Below, one piece after another: positions 1 through 9,211 of a DNA stretch of 64,000 nucleotides. A program made the position numbers and the translations under genes. The DNA comes from Candidatus Iainarchaeum sp. (GTDB lineage Archaea; Iainarchaeota; Iainarchaeia; Iainarchaeales; UBA10219): NCBI GenBank assembly GCA_018304425.1, contig JAGVWE010000004.1:1-64000 (forward strand). Direction: 5' to 3'. Position 1 is the stretch's first letter, and each line of letters opens with the position of its first letter. A model generated the notes under the pieces. It did not search any database. It worked only from the letters and a program-made list of their open reading frames with translations, and had not been told where the DNA came from.

Positions 1-144
1 AGAACGCGGATAGTTGGCCGTGTTGGTACAATTTTTTGAATGCTTCTGGCGACCGAACGGGAACGCGTTTAACCGCGTTTAAGGGCGGTAAACGCCTTTC
101 CAGCCAGGCATGCAACGGGTTTTTAGGCGCTTTCAGGGGTATTC

Positions 145-1023
145 ATGGGTATGGAGCCTAAGTCCTCGTCCAGCGGCCAGCTGCCTCAACCGGGGTTGAA
201 GAGTGCCGCCGAGCAAGTCTTGTTGAAAAACCTGCAGGCACTGGAAGCCGAATTGAATGAGACGACTTCGTTGAAGAGAAAAGACGAGCTCCTGCAGCAG
301 ATTTCGCTGTTAAAAGAGCAGCTCATCCGCCTCCAGGGCCCCGAGTACTCGGTGTTGCAGCGGGAGAACAAGGAGTTAAAGGCCCGGCTCTCCGGTCCAG
401 AGGGAAACCCGGCCGCCAGGCCCGGCGCCGGCCCCGAGGCCCCTGACCTCCAAAAGCGGCTGCGGCTCTACGCGCTTTTACTCAAAAAGTATGCCGCCGT
501 CGTCAACGCCGCCGAGCGCAAGACGGTTGGAGAGGTCAAGGCCCTGGTCAACAAAGACGATTTGACGGTGGACTCGTTTGTCTCCCAGTTCAAGCGCGAA
601 GGCTACTCGTTTGACGCCCATTACCTGGCCGTGGCCGAGCAGGTGTTCAACGCCATCGTCAAAGACATCGACTTCGTCAAAGCCGACGTGGAACTCAACT
701 TCTGGCTTTCCCCCGCGGAAATCGTGCGGGAACGGGTGGCCGACGACGAGGACCTCGCCGTCTTCCTTTGCTCGTGCCTCTATGCCTTGGGCGACGAAAA
801 AGCGGAAGTCGTCATCGCGGAACTCGAGAACCTGTCCACGCACGCCTTCGTCGTCACCTATTATGGGACGCAATTCCTCTTGCTGGACCCCACGCAAAGG
901 ATTCCCTTTAACCGGTTCCTGGGCGACAAGAAAAGGGTCTTGCGGGAGTACGCGTTCGAGGGCAGTCCCCTCAAGAAGTTCCTGTACAAGTTCAACGCGA
1001 AAGACTACGAACAGTTCCTTTAA
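145..1023 (+). CDS. Coiled-coil plus transglutaminase-like (papain-fold) domain protein, catalytic Cys apparently replaced
   Basis: N-terminal heptad-rich region; C-terminal FWLSPAEI..ADDEDLAVFLCS..THAFVV..LLDPT mirrors the TGase-like W.sP.E..GDCED.A..HA...lDPT pattern. Confidence 0.6.
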   Translation: MGMEPKSSSSGQLPQPGLKSAAEQVLLKNLQALEAELNETTSLKRKDELLQQISLLKEQLIRLQGPEYSVLQRENKELKARLSGPEGNPAARPGAGPEAPDLQKRLRLYALLLKKYAAVVNAAERKTVGEVKALVNKDDLTVDSFVSQFKREGYSFDAHYLAVAEQVFNAIVKDIDFVKADVELNFWLSPAEIVRERVADDEDLAVFLCSCLYALGDEKAEVVIAELENLSTHAFVVTYYGTQFLLLDPTQRIPFNRFLGDKKRVLREYAFEGSPLKKFLYKFNAKDYEQFL

Positions 1024-1069
1024 TTGTTTTTCGTTGATTACATCCAATGGCGTTGGCGGAGGGATGCAT

Positions 1070-2083
1070 GTGGAAAAAATAATCAAAGTCGGCTTGAACG
1101 GGTTCGGCAGGATAGGCAAAGCGGTTTTCCGGGCGGGCGTGTCAAGGCCCGGCATCGAGTTCGTGGCAATAAACTCGCGTTCGGATCCCAGCATTTACGC
1201 GCACCTCCTCAAATACGACTCGGTTCACGGCCGGTTTCCCGGCACCGTCGAGTTGAAGGGCAAGCACCTCAGCGTCAACGGCTACGAGGTCAAGATGTTC
1301 CAGGAAACCGATCCCCTCAACGTGCCCTGGAAGCAGTTGGGCGTTGACGTGGTCATCGAGTGCACGGGCGAGTTCCGCAAGCGCGCGGACATCGAGAAGC
1401 ACCTGCACGCGGGAGCCAAGTACGTGGTGCTGACCGCGCCGCCCAAGGGAGACGACTCCATCCCCTTATACGTTTACGGCGTCAACCACACCCAATTCAA
1501 GAAGGAAAAGGACTTGCTGGTCTCCAACGCTTCCTGCACCACCAACTGCCTGGCGCCCCTTGCCAAGGTCTTGAACGACGCCTTCGGCATCAAGAAAGGC
1601 TTCATGTCCACGGTGCACGCCTACACCAGCAGCCAGAGCCTCATCGACCGCTCGGACAAGGACCTGCGCAGGGCCCGGGCAGCGGCCATCAACATCATCC
1701 CAACTTCCACGGGTGCGGCCAAGTCCATTGGCAAGGTCATCCCCGAACTCGCCGGCAAACTGGATGGCACGGCCTTCCGCGTTCCCGTGCCGAACGGTTC
1801 CATGGTGGACCTGGTGGTTGAACTCAACCGCAACGTGACCGTCGAAGAAGTCAACCAAGCCGTCAAGAAGGCCGCGGAGGGTTCCTTCAAGGGCATCATC
1901 GAGTACTCGGACGCGCACCTGGTCTCCAGTGACGTGCTCGGCAACCCGCATTCCTGTGTCTTCGACTCGCTGTGCACGCAACTCGTGGCCGGCAACCTCG
2001 TCAAGATCCTGGCCTGGTACGACAACGAGTTCGGTTACAGCTGCCGGCTCATCGACCTGATTCAGTACATTTACCGCCAGTGA
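1070..2083 (+). CDS. gap: Type I (bacterial-like) glyceraldehyde-3-phosphate dehydrogenase
   Basis: GLNGFGRIG, SNASCTTNCLAP, RARAAAINIIPTSTGAAK, WYDNEFGY; GGAGG upstream of GTG 1070 (ATG 1064 possible). Confidence 0.97.
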   Translation: MEKIIKVGLNGFGRIGKAVFRAGVSRPGIEFVAINSRSDPSIYAHLLKYDSVHGRFPGTVELKGKHLSVNGYEVKMFQETDPLNVPWKQLGVDVVIECTGEFRKRADIEKHLHAGAKYVVLTAPPKGDDSIPLYVYGVNHTQFKKEKDLLVSNASCTTNCLAPLAKVLNDAFGIKKGFMSTVHAYTSSQSLIDRSDKDLRRARAAAINIIPTSTGAAKSIGKVIPELAGKLDGTAFRVPVPNGSMVDLVVELNRNVTVEEVNQAVKKAAEGSFKGIIEYSDAHLVSSDVLGNPHSCVFDSLCTQLVAGNLVKILAWYDNEFGYSCRLIDLIQYIYRQ

Positions 2084-2102
2084 CTAGGTTTACCGTCAGC
2101 AA

Positions 2103-2855
2103 CTATTTTACGGCGGCCAAGAGCCTTTCCTGGAAGGCCTCTGGCTTGCGGAGCCACTCGAGTTTCTCCGGGGCCGCGACAAAGGCCTTGTAGAGGGGCT
2201 CGCTTCCCAGGCCGAGTTCGGGGAACGCCTGGGCCTTCAAGAACCGGAGGCTCGGGTGATGCAAGTACTTCTTGTTTTCCACCCACCCCTGGAGGGTCTC
2301 ATAGTAGATGCCGCCGCGCTTCTCCTTGTAGGCCTCGTACTCCGATGCAAACGTCCGCTCCACGAGGTTACTCATGACCAGGGTCTCCTTGCCCGGGTTA
2401 ATCGTCACGTGCCCGTAGTTGGGCGGAATCAAGACCTTGTCCCCTGCCACGGCTTCCACGACCAAGGCGTGGTCGCGGTCCTGTAAGAGGTAATGGGCTT
2501 GGCCGTTGAGTACCTCGTAGACCTCGGGATAAGAGCATTTGGCCGAGGCCAGGGGATGGAAGTGGCCATACGTCTTGTTGAATTCCCTGCCCAGCATCAA
2601 ACCCGGAACCACGGTCAAGTCATAGCGGAAGCCCTTGCCCCGGAACAAGTCCTTGTCTGCTTCCAGGCAGACATCCCGGTACATGTAATAGGTTTCGTCC
2701 GGCTGGTCCACGGTTTCATCCAGCAACACGTGTTTCATGCCCAACAGCCGCCTCGGCGTCATCACGGCATGCGACACGTCTTTCCCGAATTCCAGGGCAA
2801 AGCCTTCCCCGAGTTGGAGGGGTAAGCCGGACCGCTGGGAGAGGTCAAAAGCCAT
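2103..2855 (-). CDS. pgi: Cupin-type glucose-6-phosphate isomerase
   Basis: YYMYRDV, GREFNKTYGHFH, YPEVYEVLNG, IPPNYGHVTIN cupin-PGI motifs. Confidence 0.9.
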   Translation of the reverse strand: MAFDLSQRSGLPLQLGEGFALEFGKDVSHAVMTPRRLLGMKHVLLDETVDQPDETYYMYRDVCLEADKDLFRGKGFRYDLTVVPGLMLGREFNKTYGHFHPLASAKCSYPEVYEVLNGQAHYLLQDRDHALVVEAVAGDKVLIPPNYGHVTINPGKETLVMSNLVERTFASEYEAYKEKRGGIYYETLQGWVENKKYLHHPSLRFLKAQAFPELGLGSEPLYKAFVAAPEKLEWLRKPEAFQERLLAAVK

Positions 2856-2956
2856 CAGAGAATCCCCTTGAATTGAACGCGGAAACAATTATAAAGGTCG
2901 TGGCCCGGGCAACCGCTTTTTATTTTTTGCCCACCCCATCCTCTCTTGGTGAGTCC

Positions 2957-4189
2957 TTGGCCAACGACGACCTGAATTATGTCGAACAAGTGGATGTGCG
3001 GGGGAAGACCCTGTTGCTCCGCGTGGACATCAACAGTTCCGTCGTCGAGGGAAGGGTCATCGTTTCCTCGCGGCTGCGCGAGCACGCGCAATCCATCCAG
3101 GAACTCGCCAAGCGGGGCGCCAAAGTCGTTGTTCTCTCCCACCAGGGCAGGGAAGGCGAGGAAGACTTCATTCCCCTGCAGCGGCACGCCAACCTCGTCC
3201 GCAAACTCATCCAACGCGAGGTCTCGTTCGCTTCCTGGGACGAGGACTACAAGGCGATCATCCGGAAGCTGAAGGACGGCGACATCCTGGTCCTGGACAA
3301 CACGCGGTTCCAGAAAGACGAGAGCGTGGAAAAAACGCCGCTCGAGCATTCAAGGGACAAGTTCGTCCAGGAACTGGCGTTGGTCAGCGACTTCTTCGTC
3401 GAGGACGCGTTGAGCATCTGCCACCGCAGCCACGCCACGGTCACCGGTTTTTGCCCGCTCCTGCCCTGCTTTGCCGGTCCCGCGCTGAAAAAGGAACTCG
3501 ATGCCTTGCAGCGCCTCACCGACATCAACGACAAGAAGCTCTGCATCCTGGGAGGCGCCAAGCCCGCCGACTCCATCAAGTTGTTGAAGCGGATGCTGGA
3601 AGGAGGCAAGGCCGGGGAAGCCTGCGTGGGCGGCTTGTTCGGCGAGTTGTTCTTGAAAGCCCAAGGCATTTCCTTTGGCGCCAAAGACCGGTTCTTCGAG
3701 GAAAAGGGGTTCACGGCCCTGCTGCCCCAGGTCAAGGAAGTCCTGGAAAAGTTTTCCGACCGCCTCATCCTGCCCGTGGACCTGGCCGCAGAAAAGGATG
3801 GCAAGCGCCTCGAAGTCCGGGTATCCGACCTCCCCACCGAGTACATGACCTACGACATTGGCCGAGACACCACGGAATTGTTCAAAGCCAGAATCCGCCA
3901 AGCCAACCTCGTGGTCTTCAACGGCCCCTTGGGCATGTACGAGAACCTGGAGTTCACGATTGGCACCAAGAAGGTCTTGGAGACCCTGGCCTTCACCAAG
4001 AAATGCTTTTCCATTCTCGGCGGCGGGGACACGGAGCGCGCCCTCCAAGTATTGGGCTTGCTCCACGAGGACTTCTCCCACGTGAGCCTGGCCGGGAAAG
4101 CCCTGCTCCAATTCCTCTCCGGCAACCATCTGCCCGGCCTCGAGGCCTTGAAGCAATTCAACCACCGGAAAAAGCCGGCCGGCTCCTGA
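2957..4189 (+). CDS. pgk: Phosphoglycerate kinase
   Basis: LRVDINS, SHQGR, LDNTRF, HRSHAT, LGGAKP, DIG, NGPLG, GGGDT; TTG start after GGTGAG. Confidence 0.95.
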   Translation: MANDDLNYVEQVDVRGKTLLLRVDINSSVVEGRVIVSSRLREHAQSIQELAKRGAKVVVLSHQGREGEEDFIPLQRHANLVRKLIQREVSFASWDEDYKAIIRKLKDGDILVLDNTRFQKDESVEKTPLEHSRDKFVQELALVSDFFVEDALSICHRSHATVTGFCPLLPCFAGPALKKELDALQRLTDINDKKLCILGGAKPADSIKLLKRMLEGGKAGEACVGGLFGELFLKAQGISFGAKDRFFEEKGFTALLPQVKEVLEKFSDRLILPVDLAAEKDGKRLEVRVSDLPTEYMTYDIGRDTTELFKARIRQANLVVFNGPLGMYENLEFTIGTKKVLETLAFTKKCFSILGGGDTERALQVLGLLHEDFSHVSLAGKALLQFLSGNHLPGLEALKQFNHRKKPAGS

Positions 4190-4238
4190 TTCTTCCGGGA
4201 AAAAGAAGGGCCCGGGAAAAAGAACGGGCGAGCCGCGC

Positions 4239-4658
4239 TTAACAGCAGCGGCTCTTGATGTTCAAGTATCGCAAGCCCATGACGACCATGGCGGGAGCGA
4301 AGAAGTCCGCGAGATATCGTAGCATCAACCGCACGCCGAGCACGGGCAGCACGTCCCCGGATTCAAGGACTCTCGCGCCCTCGACTCCGAAGCCTGCCGC
4401 GCCCACCGCGGTTCCAACGCCGGGAGGCAGCATGAGCGACAACACGATGAGGGAAGCCATGACCACGATCATGCCCTCCGCGGCCGGGTGCTGCCGGTTC
4501 AGGTAGCCGAATGCGAGGCCCATCACGAGTAACAAGCCCACTAGGGCGTAGGTCATGGACACCAAAGCGGGTTGAATGAACGAAAGCGAGGCCAAAATGG
4601 ACAAGGCCACGGCTGCCACGAACAACAGGTTCGAGGGCTTTGAAAACTCTACAAACAT
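4239..4658 (-). CDS. Hypothetical membrane protein (about 4 TM)
   Basis: Hydrophobic segments; GGAGG upstream; fills the gap between pgk and coaBC. Confidence 0.7.
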   Translation of the reverse strand: MFVEFSKPSNLLFVAAVALSILASLSFIQPALVSMTYALVGLLLVMGLAFGYLNRQHPAAEGMIVVMASLIVLSLMLPPGVGTAVGAAGFGVEGARVLESGDVLPVLGVRLMLRYLADFFAPAMVVMGLRYLNIKSRCC

Positions 4659-4737
4659 TGGGGTTGCCTCCTATGCGCTGAAAGTGGTTGAACGCGTGAA
4701 ATTAATGGATTAGGTTGTTTATAAGCGTTTCCCCGCT

Positions 4738-5952
4738 TTACGCCCTTTTCAGCTCCTCGCAGAGGCGTTCCACGATTTTCTGGGCCAGGAAGTCCTTTCT
4801 GCCCTCCACCCAAACGGGTTGCCGGGCCCTTGACAATAACAGCACCTCATTCCGGGTTCCCCCCATGGGATGCCGGCCCACGTCATTGGCGATCACCAGG
4901 CCCAACCGGTGCCGGCCCAGGAACTCCAAGCCCACCCGCTCGAGTTCCCCTGCCTCCAGGTGGGTTTCGGCCTTGAAGCCCACCACGAACACGCTTGGAA
5001 ACCGTTTCCGCGCCTCTTCCACGATTTTGGGTGCGGGCTCCAACTTCAACTCCACTGCCTGGCCTGACTTCATTTTTTCCGGGCGTGCCTTGACCTTGAA
5101 GTCGCTGACGGCTGCCGCCGACACGAAGACGTCACAGCCTTCTCCTAACACCCGCATCACGGCTTCCCGCATTTCCTCCCCGCTTTCCACGCGCACGTTT
5201 TTCGCGCCGGGCACGGCTTCCCCGGAGTGGACCAGGGTCACGCTGGCCCCCAAGCGACAGGCTTCCCGGGCAAGGGCCCGCCCGGTTTGCCCGCTGGCCC
5301 GCGTGGTCAACACCCGCACCGGGTCAACGGCTTCCAACGTCGCGCCACTGGTTATCAGCACCCTCTTACCGGCCAACGGCTTCGGGCTCAGCATCCTTTC
5401 AACGGCCAGCACCACATCCTGGGTTTCCGCGATCTTGGCCTTGCCTTCTTCCCGCCGGGGTTCAATGAATTCCACGCCCACCGACTTGAGTTTCACGATG
5501 TTCTCGTGCACGAGGGGCTGCCGATGGTACATGTCTTCCTCCATGGCCGGAACCACGGCAACGGGCTTGCCGCTGCCCAGCGCCGTCAAGGCAAACAGGG
5601 AAACCACCGAGTCCGCGAACCCATGGGCAATCTTTCCAATCGAGTTCGCCGTGCACGGCGCAATCAACAACAAGTCCGCGGTGCCTTCCCGGCCCAGCAA
5701 CGCCACGTGTTCCACGGCCCCCGAAACCTTGTTAACGACTTTTTCGCCGGACGCAAACTCCATGGTCATTGGGGAAACGAATTCCTGGGCCGCGTCACTC
5801 ATGGCCACTTTCACCTTGGCCCCCAACCGCATGAGTTCCCGGCACAACTCAAAGGACTGGACGCAGGCCACGCTCCCGGTAAGCCCCAACACCACCGTTT
5901 TCCCATTAAGGGAACTCCCATAGCTTCCGGTAATCCGCTTGCTGGGGTGCAT
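4738..5952 (-). CDS. coaBC: Bifunctional phosphopantothenoylcysteine decarboxylase/ligase
   Basis: MHPSKRI start, LGLTGSVA, EHVAL, APCTANSIGKIAHG, PAME, TSGATLEAVDPVR, SAAAVSDF, VGFKAET, ANDV. Confidence 0.95.
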   Translation of the reverse strand: MHPSKRITGSYGSSLNGKTVVLGLTGSVACVQSFELCRELMRLGAKVKVAMSDAAQEFVSPMTMEFASGEKVVNKVSGAVEHVALLGREGTADLLLIAPCTANSIGKIAHGFADSVVSLFALTALGSGKPVAVVPAMEEDMYHRQPLVHENIVKLKSVGVEFIEPRREEGKAKIAETQDVVLAVERMLSPKPLAGKRVLITSGATLEAVDPVRVLTTRASGQTGRALAREACRLGASVTLVHSGEAVPGAKNVRVESGEEMREAVMRVLGEGCDVFVSAAAVSDFKVKARPEKMKSGQAVELKLEPAPKIVEEARKRFPSVFVVGFKAETHLEAGELERVGLEFLGRHRLGLVIANDVGRHPMGGTRNEVLLLSRARQPVWVEGRKDFLAQKIVERLCEELKRA

Positions 5953-6031
5953 AAAAAGCCTTTGCCGCTGAAGGCTTTTAAACCCTGCTTCGAGTAAAAG
6001 AATTAAATAGGGGAAGCCCTGACATGATTGT

Positions 6032-6574
6032 ATGCCGGGTAGACCTCCCTCCTCCCAACGAAGCCGTACACCTTCCCCGACACCGGCTGACACAGTGATT
6101 GCCACGTTAATGGAGCAGCGCACGCAGGCAGAGGACGGAATCAAGCGGGTCACCGGTCTCCTTAAGTCGCCATCCAGAAGTAGGTTGTTTTGCCAGCGGC
6201 TGGAAGGCGAGTTAAGGCTTCTTGGCTTAAGCCGCGACATCGCTGCCACGCGGATTAGAATCATTGGCTTTGAAGAACAACGCACGGCCATTCGTAAGAA
6301 CGTCGGTGAATTAAGAGGGCGCTTGGCCCGCATCCGCAGGGTCTCTACTCCCAAGGAACTGGCGCCCCTAGAAGCTAAATTGGCGGCACACGAACACATG
6401 CTGTCCCTGGTGCGTGGCAGCATGGCATTGGCACGCGAAAACCTCACCCTATTACGGGCTAAGTATAGAGCCGACCTGCGTATGCAGGCCCGCGAACCGG
6501 TTCTCCGGGCCAGGGAGAGAGCGAAGCAAAGCCGTTGGCGCAGGAAAGGCGCCCAGAGAAGAATTATCAAGTGA
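6032..6574 (+). CDS. Arg-rich coiled-coil orphan protein
   Basis: 180 aa ORF in an otherwise empty gap; TTAAATA about 23 nt upstream; MPGRPPSSQRSR N-terminus. Confidence 0.6.
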   Translation: MPGRPPSSQRSRTPSPTPADTVIATLMEQRTQAEDGIKRVTGLLKSPSRSRLFCQRLEGELRLLGLSRDIAATRIRIIGFEEQRTAIRKNVGELRGRLARIRRVSTPKELAPLEAKLAAHEHMLSLVRGSMALARENLTLLRAKYRADLRMQAREPVLRARERAKQSRWRRKGAQRRIIK

Positions 6575-6622
6575 CCCGTTGTCCGCCGCAACCTTCTTTA
6601 ACCCGAACCGCGTTATCCTTGC

Positions 6623-6895
6623 ATGTCCCACTCGGCCCGTGCCCCACCCAAGCGCCCGCCCTTCCAGCGCTTCCTCCTCCACACGCTCGTGCTCGTGGCC
6701 GCGTTCACGCTGTTCCTCGTGGTCTCGGGGCTGGTGGACAACCCCTTCGTGCACCTGGGCTCGCTGGTCTACGCCGCCCTGGTCTGGGCGCTGCTCAAGC
6801 CCTGGGTCATGGACGCCGGGCACCACGAGAAAGGCATCAAGCGCTGGAAGCAACTCGCCTCCCGTCTCCAGGACTTCCACCCGTTCAAGGCCTGA
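6623..6895 (+). CDS. Small two-TM membrane protein
   Basis: Two hydrophobic segments, genome-typical codon use, TTTAA upstream. Confidence 0.7.
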   Translation: MSHSARAPPKRPPFQRFLLHTLVLVAAFTLFLVVSGLVDNPFVHLGSLVYAALVWALLKPWVMDAGHHEKGIKRWKQLASRLQDFHPFKA

Positions 6896-6937
6896 CCGCC
6901 CTTATCTTTATTAAGGACTTTGAGGCGTCTACTTGCT

Positions 6938-7330
6938 ATGGTCTGGTATCCATCCATTGAGAAAATCATCGAGTTCAACGTGTTATCTTTGAGTGTGGTA
7001 AAAGCCAAAAGGGCCGACGCCGCCAAGGTCTTAAGCAGGGCGAAGATTTCTGTCACCATTGCTTCCTGCATGGAAGCCGAAGGGGGTGTTTTTGTCAAGG
7101 CTGCGGTCCTCCTTAAGGGGCTCGTTCAAGCGCACGCCTTTGCGAGCGGTAACCGGAGAACGGCCTTTCTAGTCACGAAATATTTTTTGGTCAGGAACAA
7201 CCAGCGGCTTGGCGTCGCGGACAACCCTGAGAACGCCAAGGTCCTACTCGGGGTTCGCGAGAACCATTATTCGGTTGCGGAAATAAAGGAGTGGATTGAG
7301 CATGGGAAAATCAAGGAATTCAAGCGATAG
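6938..7330 (+). CDS. Fic/Doc family toxin
   Basis: KAAVLLKGLVQAHAFASGNRRTAF is a variant of the Fic motif HPFxxGNxR; about 130 aa, Doc-like size. Confidence 0.85.
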   Translation: MVWYPSIEKIIEFNVLSLSVVKAKRADAAKVLSRAKISVTIASCMEAEGGVFVKAAVLLKGLVQAHAFASGNRRTAFLVTKYFLVRNNQRLGVADNPENAKVLLGVRENHYSVAEIKEWIEHGKIKEFKR

Positions 7331-7424
7331 CCTCCGATGTCGAATTGTTTCCGAAGAGTTGACGGAGTTCAACAAGCTCGTTAAAGGGCACGAAAAGCTC
7401 TTGGAAGCCATAGGCAAGCTGTAG
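7302..7424 (+). CDS. 40-aa candidate antitoxin overlapping the doc 3' end (not in ORF track)
   Basis: Hand translation MGKSRNSSDSLRCRIVSEELTEFNKLVKGHEKLLEAIGKL*; amphipathic C-terminal helix. Confidence 0.55.
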   Translation: MGKSRNSSDSLRCRIVSEELTEFNKLVKGHEKLLEAIGKL

Positions 7425-7660
7425 ACTCGTTGAAGTGGTACAAGGCGATTGTGTTCGCATCCACGATTAACTCTTTTTCGTACGTGCCATTGCTCCAATC
7501 CAAGGCGACGTTTCGGATGCCACTGGAAATGCTGATTTCATCCATCGAGCCACTAAAATAATTGGGAAAGGACGTGTGCTGTTGTGCGCCAAGACGCACT
7601 TCGTTGGTGGCCGTGCTCACCCCCCCGGTCCCATCACCCGTTGTCCACGATCCCGAAGCC
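7425..7660 (-). pseudogene. LamG/concanavalin-like lectin domain remnant
   Basis: EVRLGAQ..YFSGSMDEISIS..DANTIALYHFNE are LamG C-terminal motifs; no N-terminal half or signal peptide. Confidence 0.6.
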
Positions 7661-7892
7661 CAGCCCCAACGCCATCTCCCACTTGGACTGCACGGCTCGT
7701 TACCTCGTCGACCACCACACCGAAGCCTACTGCCGGGAAATCGGCGACGTCTTCACCAGCCAAGAGTGCAGTTACCGGGTGGCCGTCGAAGCCGGGCGCG
7801 TGGAATGGTGCGACTTCGTCGTCCTCCCCGCCAAGCGCCGCGACTGCTTCGCGCGCTTCGGCCTTGATGGGGGTGCGCCTACAACGCCTTAA
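7650..7892 (+). pseudogene. 3' remnant of a Cys-rich repeat surface protein
   Basis: DCTARY..YCREI..ECSYRVAV..WCDFV..DCFARF has the Cys periodicity of the 9283-10854 protein; no convincing start. Confidence 0.45.
7815..7865 (+). repeat. Degenerate 51-bp direct repeat, copy 1
   Basis: 44/51 identical to 9212-9262 by manual alignment. Confidence 0.8.
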
Positions 7893-7908
7893 CCGTCTGC
7901 TTCCGGTT

Positions 7909-9090
7909 TTATAGCAGCCCAACCGTGTACAAGGGGATTTTGTTTTCGCTGGTGTCCAGGGTTTCGGTGACCACCACGTCGGCGCCTTGCCGCCTGTTTT
8001 TGGTCTTTCCGCCTATTTCGAAGGTCTTGCCCTCATACTGGAAGTCGGGGGTCGGGTCGCCGCCCGTTTTCAGGTAACAGCAGTCCACGTGGTTGACGAA
8101 GAATTCCTCCCGCAGCGCCCCGATGTCGGGCATGGTTCCCAGGGAGGCGCATAACGCGTGCCGGTAGGGAAAGGGCAGGTAGTATTTGGCTTCTTTCCGG
8201 GTGCTCTTGGTCGCCCGGCCGCAGGAATACACTTTTTTGATGGCTTCCGTTTTTTGCACGTTGTAGAGGAACCGCATCACCCAGACCTTGTTTTTTCCGA
8301 GCGTGTCGCCGATTTTCGAATAGCTTAATTCCATCGGCTTCGAGGTCGCGATGATTTGGAGCAGCTTGAAGAAGTTTTCCTCCGTGTCCGGGTCGAGGCC
8401 TTTCGCGAGCGACAGGTCCTTTGCCGCAATGGTTTCAATCGTGGAAACCACTGTTTTGTAGAACCCGGTCTTTGCGCCGTACAATACGCCCCCGCCCGCA
8501 TAGTATTCAGCCAGGTACTTGTTTGCATGGCTCGTGTGCCTCGTTATCTCCGCCTTTTCCGCCAGTAATTCCTGGAGGGTGAGCGGGGGGAGGTGCACCC
8601 CCTTTTTGATGCCGAGCCATTCCCGGAAGCCCGCCGGCTTCAGGTGCTCGAGCACCACCCTTCGGGCCAAATCGGCTTTCAAGGTCTTGAGTTGGATGGC
8701 CGATGACCCGGTAAAGGTTACGGAAGCCAGGTTCTGGTCGAAGACTGTTTTGAGGTCGGCGTCCCAGTCGGGTTTCGCGTGTATTTCGTCGATGAACAGG
8801 CGGGTGTGGCCCGCCTCCGCGAGCGCTTTCACGATATCGTAGAGGTCCACGCCACGGAGTTCGCGGTCGTCGGCGGAAAAGTACAGGCCGTTGTTGGCTT
8901 CCGCCAACTGCAATAGCAGCACCGTCTTGCCGATGCCGCGTAGGCCGGTTATGCCCAGGAAGTATTCTTTTTCTTCCGCGATTTTTGCCAGGGCTTCGTA
9001 GGCAAAGCGCTTCAAGGAAACCCCGCTCAATCGTTTCTTGCCCTCCTGGTGGGATTCCAATGCCCGCGTAACGATGCGCGCTTTTTCCAT
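7909..9090 (-). CDS. AAA+ ATP-binding protein (AAA_14/DUF4143-like)
   Basis: Walker A GLRGIGKT, Walker B LFIDEIH, FTGSS, DLARR, GALREEFF, FEIGGK. Confidence 0.88.
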   Translation of the reverse strand: MEKARIVTRALESHQEGKKRLSGVSLKRFAYEALAKIAEEKEYFLGITGLRGIGKTVLLLQLAEANNGLYFSADDRELRGVDLYDIVKALAEAGHTRLFIDEIHAKPDWDADLKTVFDQNLASVTFTGSSAIQLKTLKADLARRVVLEHLKPAGFREWLGIKKGVHLPPLTLQELLAEKAEITRHTSHANKYLAEYYAGGGVLYGAKTGFYKTVVSTIETIAAKDLSLAKGLDPDTEENFFKLLQIIATSKPMELSYSKIGDTLGKNKVWVMRFLYNVQKTEAIKKVYSCGRATKSTRKEAKYYLPFPYRHALCASLGTMPDIGALREEFFVNHVDCCYLKTGGDPTPDFQYEGKTFEIGGKTKNRRQGADVVVTETLDTSENKIPLYTVGLL

Positions 9091-9120
9091 GGGTGTAATA
9101 GGCACCAAACCATTTAAAAG

Positions 9121-9138
9121 CGTTACATTTTTGTAACG
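9121..9138. promoter_or_regulatory. Palindrome CGTTACA-N4-TGTAACG next to the TATA box of the ATPase gene
   Basis: Perfect 7-bp inverted repeat; extra TGTAACG half-site at 9164-9170; TTTTAAA on the minus strand at 9113-9119. Confidence 0.5.
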
Positions 9139-9211
9139 AAAATGGCTTCGTTTGTTTCGTTTCTGTAACGCCGGCAAGCCTGCTTTTACCCCGCTAAAAC
9201 CAGTGCCTGGT

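Noticed and set aside
1-144. Short palindromes (AACGCGTT..CCGCGTT) at the window start
   Set aside because: No cloverleaf or repeat array; context truncated
578-1069. N-terminal extension of the 501-aa GAPDH ORF
   Set aside because: Out-of-frame overlap with ORF 145-1023; the real start is near 1064-1070
5953-6591. N-terminal extension of coaBC in the ORF track
   Set aside because: Antisense shadow of 6032-6574; the coaBC family start MHPS is at 5952
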